Below the pieces are notes generated by a model that was given only the letters and a program-made list of their open reading frames with translations, had not been told where the DNA came from and made no database searches. Positions 30,501-41,182 of a stretch of DNA of 64,000 bases are shown here, one piece after another. The stretch's first letter is position 1. Every line of letters starts with the position of its first letter. This DNA comes from Mesotaenium endlicherianum (taxonomy: Eukaryota): contig WELA01001056.1 in the NCBI GenBank assembly GCA_009602735.1, positions 1 through 64,000 on the forward strand. The letters run 5' to 3'. Position numbers and translations under genes: made by a program.

Positions 30501-33387
30501 TCCACATACAGCACTTTGGATACCTGGATACCTCGCTGAATCAGTGCGATGGTTCCAGTACCAAGTCCGGCGAACAATTCCAGCACTACTACTCCTCTCC
30601 TGCGAAAAGGATCTTCCATTCTCACAATGCCTTGCGGCAATGGTTCTACTCAAGGCATCAAATTGGCAGCAGTCTTAACTGGATAAGGAACTGGCAGCAG
30701 CTCTTGCGGGCCACGGTCCCTGTTACTCACAGCTTCTAGTTGCTCCATAATCCAAGGTTGCCAAATCAAGGGAGTCGGCATGTTGATGCTGGTGTAGATC
30801 TTCTCTTTGCGTTGCATGATGAGGTCATAATGGTCTGGATACTGGTTATTCACACAGCACTCTAGCAGTCCGTAGTTTGCTTTTCCCGAGCAAACCATTT
30901 TTACAGGAATTTCTCCTGTCGGCTGCCGATCTGTCGACTGGTAAGTCACCCTCTGCTTCCGCAGGTCGATGACCATACCCAGGGGAATCAGAGCTTCTGT
31001 CCCCAATAGAACATCATAGTTTTCTGCCTCTGTCACCGTACATTCTATGAACAGTGACGCTTCCTCAGGTTTCCCCAAGTTTACTGTGATTTCCACAGGC
31101 TTGCGGGTGATTCCACAAGACTTTGAAATCTGCCCAGATGCAGTCCTCAACTGGAAAGGACTTTCTTTCAGGTCCCTTGCCGTCAATCCCAGAGCTTTCA
31201 CAGCTCGCTTTCCCAAGATTACTGGCTGTGCGCCAGTGTCCAATAGGATATTGGGAGCGGCCTAGTTGTTAAATGTCAAAACTCTATCCTTGTTCTGCAC
31301 TCTCACAGTGCTGAAATTAATAGGCAGCAAAGCGCTGTTCGCGCCTTCCTCAGCTAGGTCCAGCTGCTGTCTAGCTTCCTCAATCGTGAAAGGGTATGTA
31401 AGACGCAGATCAGCGAGTGAAAGACAAGGAATGTGCTGAATCCGATGTTCCACCAGAGCTTTCAGCTTTTCTAGCGAAAAACTAAATGTCTTGCGTGGCC
31501 CAGGCTTGGCTTGTCGTAGCTGCGCAATCTCGTTCTCATCGAGAGTGATCCGAAAGGTCTGAGGAAGCTTCCCAGCATTCCTTGGAACCAGACGGTCATG
31601 ATCTGCACGCTCCGCAGCCGTTGCAGCCACGGCCTTCTCAGGCGTCAGCTTCTCGCCTTTGCAGACGGTCTTTTTGGCCACATCTGCATCGTAATAGACA
31701 TTAGGCACATTTAGTCTTACAAATTGAGCTTTCAACTCTGCAATCTCTGCACTCATAGCATCATACTTCTGATTATCCTTCCGGTTACCAGAGTTATCTT
31801 TCTCCTTTTTCTTACCCTTATCTGCCTCTTTCGTGGCAGCATTAGCCCATGGTGGTTTCAGATTTGGGTTCTTGGACCAACACTCATCTTCTGAGTGTCC
31901 CTTTTTACTGCAATGTGCGCATACCTGCGCCTTGCTAACAGACAATTTCTTAGCATCCGGGTACGGACAATCTCTCTTCTGATGTCCTGATTTCCCCGCA
32001 GTTCCAACAGCCCTCTGCTGTCTCAATAGTGTTGGCGTGCTTGGCAAACCTATTGAAAGACCCGCTCTTTTTCTTAAACTGAAAGTTAGAGCTGTTGGCC
32101 TTGGGCTGAAAGGATTCCTCCCTTCTCTCAGGAGCCATAAGCGTCCTGGAAGCCTCCTTGTACCAGACTTTACCTTCCTCGACATGGCGTGCTATTTCAG
32201 CAGCCTCGTCGATGTTCCAGTCGATACCGCGTTTCGCAGATAGGTGCGGCCTCACCTCCCGATCTGTATCTTTACCCAGACACAATAAGAATTTGTCAGC
32301 CACAATCCTAGGCTCATAGATTCCTGCCTTCTTGGCAAGGTCTACCAATCTGGATTTGACCTCCATCACTGTCTCGTTCTTCTGACGGACAAAATGCACA
32401 TAGCGGTGCACTTTAAGACTGCGATCCTTTGGGAATGTTGCTCCAAGAAACTTAAAGAAACGACGCAGACAGTGCTCAGAGTCTAACTGGTCATCCCCAG
32501 CCTCCATATCCCTACGGCAACTAGCCAACGCTTGCGCATGGCTTGCTTCCGTGGTGACACTATCACCATGCTGCCCTGTAACAGGTGCAGCTCTGCGTGT
32601 TACTCGTTCCTGAGCATAAGCAATATTTTCAGACAATTCCGCACACACTTTACGCAATTCTGCGACAGATTCAGCATCATCATCTCGAGTAGCCGCTCGC
32701 TGCTGACCCTCAGTGAGTTGCTTCATGGCATCAGTTAATTCTTGTGTTAGTGCAGCTAAGTCTACGCTCTCAACAGGTGCAGCAGGTATCGTTCTTCCTG
32801 ATGACAAAGCAAACAGGCGGGCTTTCGCAGCCTCTTTCTGGATTTTCAAATCTCTCGCCTTCTTTTGCTCGTCAAACGCCCATTCCTGGGTAAGGTTCTC
32901 ATCCTTCCGAAATTGGCGATGCAGCAACAAGGCATCCTTGTCCAAGTACTAAACCAAGCTTATAAAAGCGACTGACTGAGTGTAAGAAGAATCCTTTCGG
33001 ATTTTCTCAAAGAAGTCAGCCCCAATAGATCTCATCAAACTCTTCGAAAGTGAGACTATTTCCACTGGTTCGTCCACTAAAACACTTTGTAGACAGCTTG
33101 AACTTAGGATTTTCATCCTTATCATCACCAGTCATTTCGAGTGGTGACCAAGACTCACTATCTTTATCCCACACGTCGTGCTCTCTGCCCGAATTGGGTA
33201 CAAAAGCTCGCGCGTAATACGGATTCTCACCGTTCGTGGCAGTATGGCGAGACTCGTCTCTCGACGGTTGCTCACTCCACAGGTTATCCGTGTGCTCAGA
33301 TGTCTCACTTTCTCGTGGAGTCTGGCTTGAATCAGAACCTTCCACAGGCTCCACAGGGTAGTAGAGTCTTCCACTCCTCAACTGCAT
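27566..33387 (-). pseudogene. B2 ORF1 (~1,940 codons reconstructed): Gag, two CCHC knuckles, aspartic protease, C5 MTase, long linker
   Basis: Start MQLRSGRL; VRQKNETVMEVKSRL...KFLLCL capsid motif; CWNCGxSGHQKRDC and CAHCSKKGHSEDEC; LDTGAQPV. Where B1 can be compared, the B2 stops and frameshifts are not shared with it. Confidence 0.88.
29650..30600 (-). pseudogene. C5 cytosine DNA methyltransferase domain of B2 (one +1 frameshift at ~29826)
   Basis: VLELFAGLG (I), YVD (II), GNI (III), AGFPCQPFSQAG (IV, catalytic Cys), DPR (V), FVIENV (VI), SHRARQFW (VIII), REPTAEEKERCLGVP (IX), IFGNMI (X). Confidence 0.95.
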
Positions 33388-33499
33388 GTACAGTTGAATT
33401 TCTCCGGTTCCCCTTCCAAGTTGAGCACCGGCAGCCCTCACAGGCCTCAATCCCCAATTTGCTTGGGAGTTTCTATTCACCTGAACCACAGAACCCAAG

Positions 33500-34775
33500 T
33501 TCTCAGAAGTAGGACGGAAGTCTCTTACTTCCACATAGGCTTTATGCCTTAAGGTTCTTGGGTTTACAGGTGAGCAAATTGTAGTTTGCAGAAATCACAC
33601 TCTAAATAGCTTGACATGCAATGTCAGATTCAGAGAAAATTGCCCTTCAGGCTTTCGCTTAACTTCCACAAGTCAGCTTACAAAACTCTGAAACTACGTC
33701 TATGCTGGCCTGGGTCAAGCTCTTCACTTAACACCGCGCCTTAACAGCTCTTCACTGCCAGGCTGGGCTCACTCAGTTCTTCACTGAGAGCTTAATCTGT
33801 CAATACTACTCTNGGCTTTACCTGTCAATACTGCTCTCTCTCTTCGAGATGCGAATGCGACTTCTGAGAACTTGGAAATCAACGCACAACTCACCATTTT
33901 AAGGCTGCTTCACACACACACTCGTGGCGTTCGGCCGACTCTGTGCTAATCTCCTAGCAGATTCTATTCTGCAGTTNTTATTCTGCAGTTCTCCTTCTTT
34001 TACTGTGAGATTCCCTCTTGGGAACTCCTACAATCCTAACTTATCTATGATACACAGAAGAATCTTCGGTGTCGTCGGAAGCGTGGGGCTTTGGCCCTCC
34101 AGTGGCCTTGGGAACTCCTTCTTCTTCTTCGCGCCCTTCTTCTCTTTCCTTTTGCCTCTTGGCAAAGGTGCGTGAGAGTGAATGACATGTCTCAGACAAG
34201 ATACGTGCCTTTCACAGGCACCACACAGCGTCATCTTTCGAGAGTGCCGTGCTTAGTCACACAACTTAGCTGCATGTCGCCTCTGCCTAGCCATGCTCAA
34301 CTCAAACTCGTAGTCACTCAGCATGCATGCACACCTTGTGACTGTCGCGCGTGGCTGCTTAGCTTCTCAGCTGGCAGTCACGCCTAATTGGCTCATGGCT
34401 AAGAATTCCTGAGCGGCGTGCAAGCAAATGCCACCTGCTCAAGTTTTCCCAACCGGGCGGCCGTAACCTATCTTGGCATTGCAGCCATGACCTGGCTTAA
34501 TCTGCCAGTCGCACAGTACCTGACTTGGTACTTGCTGGGCGGCTCATTGCTGATCCCCAGCTCCTAGCCTCGCGGCTGTCTTGTCAACACCTCCCCCATC
34601 CTTGGGTGTGGGTCACACTGACATTGACCCCTTGCCAGTGGTCTTGACGCCGCCATAACCGCTGACTGCGATGTAATCAGTCAAGTGGTCGGTGAGTCAA
34701 CGTTGACTTTCAGCACTAGGTGGCCGTAGCTTGCGCTGCGCGTGCGACACCGTCAAACGGATAATAGTCGCGACA
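33500..34775 (-). repeat. B2 5' leader / putative LTR
   Basis: Diverged homology to 22800-24038, ending at ...GTCGCGACA (TGT on the minus strand). Confidence 0.6.
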
Positions 34776-37185
34776 CCAGGCCCCTCGATTAAACTAAATG
34801 TTTGGATTTCGAAAACCTCGTCTGGCCGCCGGTCAGGGTTTGAGAGAGCACCCGACACATTATATCCGGAAGATGTGGGAGTAGTCAATTGGATATGCTA
34901 TATCAGATGTTATAAAACACTACTTAAGAAGAAAATTTGCTTTATACAATCTTTAACATCGTGAGCAGATGTTACAGGAAATTCAAAATTTGGACAATTT
35001 CTGTTTGAAAAATGTCATGGGATGTTTCGAATCAAGGGGTCTCGTTGTGCACGACACAGTTCGTGACCCCGAACGTCCTGCCCCAATCGGCGTCCACTGT
35101 TTCTAAAGTCTCCACCTTCGATATCACTCCGGAGTCCGGCCAATCAATCGGAAGTTTAGCAAAAAGCCTTGTCCCGAAACCCGAGTCCCGAGTCAAAAGA
35201 GGAAAACAGTAGGATGTAAACGGGGTATAGCCGTACATACCGTACTCTGCAAGTATACAATCACAACAAAACTACCGAGAAACGCCAAGAAACGTCGACA
35301 ATGGAAGCTGAGAAGTGCTTGACCTGGCTCGATCTTACCCAATCAATGTGATGTATTAGGACATACTGGGATCTACTCCAGTCATACCTCTAGGTTCTGT
35401 AACCTCTTGTGCGCTTTTAGGCGTTTTCTGCTTGGTATAACTGTTGCTTCTCTTGCTCTTTGATTATTCTTGGGATCAATAGAATGGGTCCTGTACGTTA
35501 AGTAGTACGGTGGACCGGGGCGTTATCTGGGTTTGCTTTAGCTATATATGAGATTTGTCTCCGCAACTAATGATATCAATTTCTCAAAATCACGAGCCAA
35601 ACTAACGCTTTCCGCATTAACTTTCTGTGCTCGTCAGTCATGAAGGCCAATACTATGAGGATGCTCAGGTATGCTGGCCGGTACATAGAACAGATCGCCT
35701 TTCAGCAACCAGACCGGTATATCTACGTGACACTACTATAACGACACTGTCAGGAGCTACTTGCTGTTACGAGAGAACTATGCATCGATCGACGGTCAAA
35801 TTTGGATTGACATGAGAACGCTGGCTATAGTCGCTCAGCTTGGCTTGCCTCGACAGGCATGTATAAGATTTGCCGCATATCTTGAGAACGACACGAATCC
35901 CGTGCTTTTAACTTGCATGTGCCAGCCACGGTCTCATACGACATGGACGTCTCGTCACGAGCTACGCTAGATGAAACGAAACAGCAGGCACCCAAATTTT
36001 AGGCAGTGGGCACCCAAATTCCAGGCTGATGAGCCAGATGAAGCCAGGATGAATGAAGGCTGTTTCTTTCCTTTGTCTCGTCACACGGTGGCAGAGCGGT
36101 TCTAACGTCTGGAGTTGTTACCTATCAGAAAAAGAAACACGATCACCCGCGTACAGCACAAGAAAGTACCTATTATTTGTACATGTTTGTACAGGAGTGT
36201 GCATCGGTACTCACTGGACAATCCCTGACCGAAGCCATCGGGCTCCGACATCTCGATTCGAGCATTAGCAAACTCCAAGGAAAAGCAAAGAAGCACAATT
36301 AACGCCTGAAATTTTCCTTACAGCTTGCTTCCTTACAGCGGCAGGTGCTCACTATCTAGGTATAGCGCATACAAACTGCTGAAAATCGAGGCTTCAACTC
36401 AGACCTGGAGCAGTTTCCCGGTAGCCAGGTGAATGATCGCTGTTTTGTTGTGCTTTTCTTTTCCCTGCTCACCTCAAAGCAAGTGCATCGACTCCATCTC
36501 TTCTTACATTGTTCATGCTCGTATTGGAGAACAGAGGAAGAAGTTAGACTTTGCACCCAAGATTGATGGCCAGTTTGAGAACAAGCAGGCCAAGGCCATG
36601 GCCAATACGGGTTCGTCTTGAGAGTGTCGGTAAAGGAGGAAAAAATGAAGCATTCTGACCACATCAACTCATGCGGTGACTGCTGCAGAGTGGTCCGCTT
36701 TGGAGCGGAACGTCTCGAGTTGGCTATTGTTTGCTTCTTGCTCTCACGTTCGTCCACGCTTATGCAGCACGAACCTCGAAGCATGGCAGATTGAGCTGTA
36801 ATTGCATCCGTATTTGGCTCCCCAACTTGATTCACCTCCCTACAGGCCACATCTGCCTACGAGCATGTGAGTGATGATGGAGGGTCAGAACTAGGGCTAC
36901 TGCGCATTGTGCAAGCATCAGAGGTTTCTTACGAAGCCAAGCCCGGGGCCATGGTTTCAGGGCTAGCATGTACGGGGCTCCTTCAGAACAAGCGACATGA
37001 TTTCTGTCAATGTTCGACATCCCTCCCCTCTAGCCTGTCTCTCTGTCCCTCTGTCCCTCTTCCAGTTATCCGGCTGTCTCGAGCAGCTGGCCAGGCAGGC
37101 AAGCAGATCGCGGGGCGAGCCGAGGGGCACCAACACTCTGTGGAAAGGTGACGGGAAAGCTGCAATCGGATGCTCTGGCCTGGCC

Positions 37186-37263
37186 TTGTAGGCCTCATTG
37201 TAGGCTTTCTTGTAGGCCTTGTAGGCCTTGCTGTAGGCCTGGTAGCCCTCCTTGTAGGCCTTG
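37186..37263. repeat. Degenerate minisatellite, (T/C)TGTAGGCC core, 9- or 12-nt units, about 7 copies
   Basis: ttgtaggcctca ttgtaggctttc ttgtaggcc ttgtaggccttg ctgtaggcc tggtagccctcc ttgtaggccttg. Confidence 0.85.
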
Positions 37264-37681
37264 CTTGGGGAACTTGCAGGTCTCCCAGGCTCTTCTTGTG
37301 GGCTTTTTGGGTCTTGCAGGTCTTGCCTTGTGGACTTGCATGCCTCTCCCATCACATGGCCCACTCGCACTTCCCTCCTCCCAGCTGACGCTGCTCCCCG
37401 GTTGTAGACGACAAAGAACCCATCTTTGTACGGTGCCTTGGGTCACCTAAGAGGCCGGGTGTGGGGGGGGGGGGAAGGAGAGAGGGGTCTGTGTCCTGCG
37501 GGGCTGGCTTCAGACAGGAGAATGCACGCATCCACATTGCCGTAGCTCTCTCTCTCTTTCTCTTTCTCTGTCCTTCTGTGTCACTGTACTGAAACAATGA
37601 CGGCGGCTGCTTGCTGCTGCTGTTGCTGCTGTTGCTGCTGCATTGTCTCTCCTCTCGTGCCGGCAGGCCGGCGGCTCCCCC

Positions 37682-38657
37682 ATGGCCACCCAGGGCAACC
37701 CCCTGGGAGGGGGAGGCGGTGGGGGCGGGGCGCCGCTGTCGTCCATGCTCATGGCGGGAGGCACGTCCCCACAGAACCTGATGGAGGCTCTGGGGCTGCT
37801 GCAGCAGAAGATCGGGGCTCTGCAGACGCTCGTGCCCCTCATTGCTCAAGTGCGTGTGCGCGCGCGCGCTCCCCCTCTCGCTCTCTCTCTCTCTCTCCCA
37901 TTCTCTCTCTCTCGTTCTCCCTCCCGCCCCAACCTCCCCCTCTTGCTCTCTCGCTCCCCCTGCTCCACTCGCTGACATACTCTCTCTCGTTCCGTTGTGT
38001 CTCGTGTCACTTTGTTGCGCATGCGCTTTTCTGATCGGACGTCTTTTCAGGCTTCTTCATGTCCGGGTTTCCGTTCCGTTTGCCCTATCACATGTGGTAT
38101 TGCTGCAGCGCCAGTCCCCAGCTTGCCTGCCCACGCCTGCTCAGCCAGCTGCCTGGCCGGCTGCCTGGCTCTGTGTGTGAGTCATTGATGTCGTGCTGCA
38201 TGCACGTGCGCATGCATGCGTGCGAGTGTCCAGAGGTTCATGCATGAACCAGAAGCTTTCGTCAGCTCGCGCTCTGAGTCGCACGCTCATCCCAGGTCTG
38301 TGTGGGCTGTGTCCGCTTCCTCTCTGTCTCCCTTCCCCACTTCCCCTCCCCCTCCCCCTTCCCCTCCCCTTCTTTCTCCCTCTCCCTCTGCCTCTGCCTC
38401 TGCCTGTGCCTTGCCCCTCCTCCCCCCCTCCCTCTCCCTCTGCATATGCCTTGCCTCACTCTCCCTTTTGCCTCTGCTCTGAAGTGTGCATCACCACCCT
38501 CGTGCCCATCCCCTCTTGGTGGCGGTGAGCAGAGCGGAGGAAGCCCCAGCCCCCAGGTGGCGCAGCAGCAGGCGGCAGCAGCGGCAGGTGTCGCGACCGT
38601 GATCTCCCAGCTGGCAGTGGCTGCTGCCGGGATGCTGCCCCCCACGCCCTCCGCAAC

Positions 38658-38691
<34 letters not shown>

Positions 38692-39556
38692 GCCCAGATA
38701 GAGCAGGGGCGCTTCCCCTTCCACATTCAGCAGCAGTCCCACCAGCAGCAGCAGCAGCAGCAGCAGCACCACTTCCAGCAGCAGCTGCAGCAGATCACCC
38801 CTCCCCAGATGGTCATCCCCGGCATGCAGGTATGAGCGCACACAGGGTGCGCGCGCGCACACACATACTCACATGCACTTGCGCGCACGCGAACTCACAT
38901 GCGCACACGCACGCAAAAGTGTACCTGTGCATTGTACTGCTAGAGATACGGGCAGAGCCGCGTGCTGACATGTGGCGATGTGAGGTGCGCGTGCATGTGC
39001 AGTTATTTGACACGCAGCTCTTCCTGAACGCGACGCACAGCACCCCCTCGCAGCAGCAGCAGCAGCAAGCGTTCATGCAGCAGCAGCAGCAGCAGCAACA
39101 GCAACAACAGCAACAGCAGCAGCAGCAGCAGCAGGCAGACGCCTCATCACCGCAGCCGTCGTTTCTGGCCCTGCCCCCACCCCCACCCCCACCCCCATCT
39201 CCGCCCCTGGCTCGCATGGATGGAGCCAACAACAACAACAATAACAACAACAACAACAATGCCACCAGCGACGACGCCGATGATCAGCGGTGAGTCTGCG
39301 TGCATGTGCGATGAGCAGACTGACGGCGGCGCTGCTGACAGCTCGTCGCCCCTGGCACACTGCTGCGCACGCGTGTGTCAGCCGAGCAGCAGGCATGCTT
39401 GGCTCTGCCCCCCGGTCTCACCTTTCTTGCCTATGCTTTTGCTGCAGCCCCCACTTGCGTGCGCCCAGGACTCTTCCTGCTGGTCTTCCTCTCCCCTCGA
39501 AGCTGGGGCCTGTGGAGCGTTCTCACGAGCAAGCAAGGCTGGCGGTGCCTCGCCTG

Positions 39557-39593
<37 letters not shown>

Positions 39594-41137
39594 CATAGCA
39601 GGCGGGGAGAGAAGAGAAAGGATGGACGGTGCGTGGGGAGGATGGGAGGAAGGGAGGGGGAGGAAGGGGGAGCGGGAAATTTAAGGAGGCAAGGGCTGGA
39701 TTGCACGTGCATGCAGTCCATCCTGTTGTCAAGTGCAAGCCCGCGTTTGCACATGGGGCCCGGGTGGGTGCGATTGAGTCAGGAACACATGGGGGAAGCT
39801 GTAGCTCCTGCCACTCAAAGCGGCGCTGAGATTCGAGAGGGAGGAGTCCATCAGATATGCGCGCGTGTGTCTGTGTGTCTGTGCATGTGTGTGTGTGTGT
39901 ATGTGTGTGTGAGGAGAGGGGGGAGGAAGATTGGAGGTTGGGAGTTGCACGTGCGGTGCTCACTTGCGAGAGAGGGAGGGGCGCGCACTCACGCTGGATG
40001 CGAGTGGCTCAATAAGCAACGGCAAGTGGGCAAGGGCCATCGCACGCGAATGCTCCTGCTTCGATGGCTCCTGTCTTCCCACCTACTTGCTCTGCCCGTA
40101 TCTCTCTCCATGTGCATGTGTGGGGATGCGTGTCTGTGTGCGTGTACTGCGAGCGTGCATGCGAGCGTGCGTGCAAGCGTGCGTGCGAGCGTGCATGTGT
40201 CCGTGCCTATCTGAGCGTGCGCGTGTATGGCGGGGGTGTGTGGGTGTGCGGAGGAGGAGGAGGAGCAGGGACGCGGACGACGACGGCGACGCCGAGTGCC
40301 TGCCGCCCGGGTCGTACGAGCTGGTGGAGATGGACGCGCTGGAGATCCTGGCGGAGCACACCCACTTCTGCGAGATCTGCGGCAAGGGCTTCAAGCGCGA
40401 CGCCAACCTGCGCATGCACATGCGCGGCCACGGCGACGAGTACAAGACGCCCGCCGCGCTCGCGCGCCCCGACAAGGGCGCCGTCGACGCCGCCGCCCCC
40501 CGCCCCCGCAGGTGCGCCCGCCATCTGGCCNNCCCCCTCCTCTCTTGTTCCCCCTCATTTGTCCTGCTCTCTCTCCCTCATCCCCCCCCTCTTTTGTGCC
40601 AGAGTGCCTGTGCTGGTGCTTTCTTTCGTGGCCCCTGGCGGTGTGCCTCGTTGTGTTGATTTGCTGTTTGGCATGCAGAAAGCATTGCTCTCGGGATGCT
40701 CCCTCCCTTTTCTGCCATCTGTCGCCAAGCCTGACCGTGTCCCCGCATGGTGTGTTGCTCCACATAAATAATCTCCTCTTGCTCAGACCCGTAGGCCTTC
40801 TGAGGAGGCAAGGTGGAGCTGGGCTGGTTGGGCTGGGGTGGGGTTTCTGCAATGCACACATAAATACTGCCTGCTGCTGCTGCTGCTGCCACCACATGCG
40901 GTCCTGCATGAAGAGCAGGCACGCATGCGGCCTCCATGCGCCGCTTCCATGAGGAGGGCGGCGCTGCTGGTGCTTGTCGCCTGCCTCCTGGCCCCTTGGG
41001 CAGGGCGCAAGGGCGCGCCGTCCTCCTCCTCCTCGTCCTCCACATTGTCTAGCCAGCCTGGGCTGCCACACACAGCTGCTTCTGCAACTAGGCTGGTCGC
41101 CCGAGAACTGACTATCTTGTAAGGGGTGGCGGGTCTT

Positions 41138-41182
<45 letters not shown>

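Larger units (their letters stand above)
24460..34775 (-). mobile_element. Family B copy B2: near full-length DNMT- and PHD-carrying Ty3/Gypsy element (point-mutated)
   Basis: Complete domain series gag-ZnK-PR-MTase-RT-RH-IN-PHD. RT-RH-IN order is the Gypsy arrangement. Confidence 0.93.

Noticed and set aside
29650..30600. Bacterial restriction-modification system or contamination
   Set aside because: The MTase is embedded in a Gypsy polyprotein in two copies, has no cognate endonuclease, and is flanked by intron-containing genes.
34776..37100. Possible gene or DNA transposon between the TE nest and STOP1
   Set aside because: No recognisable protein motif, terminal inverted repeat pair or TSD. 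It may be promoter or 5'-UTR sequence, but I cannot support a call.
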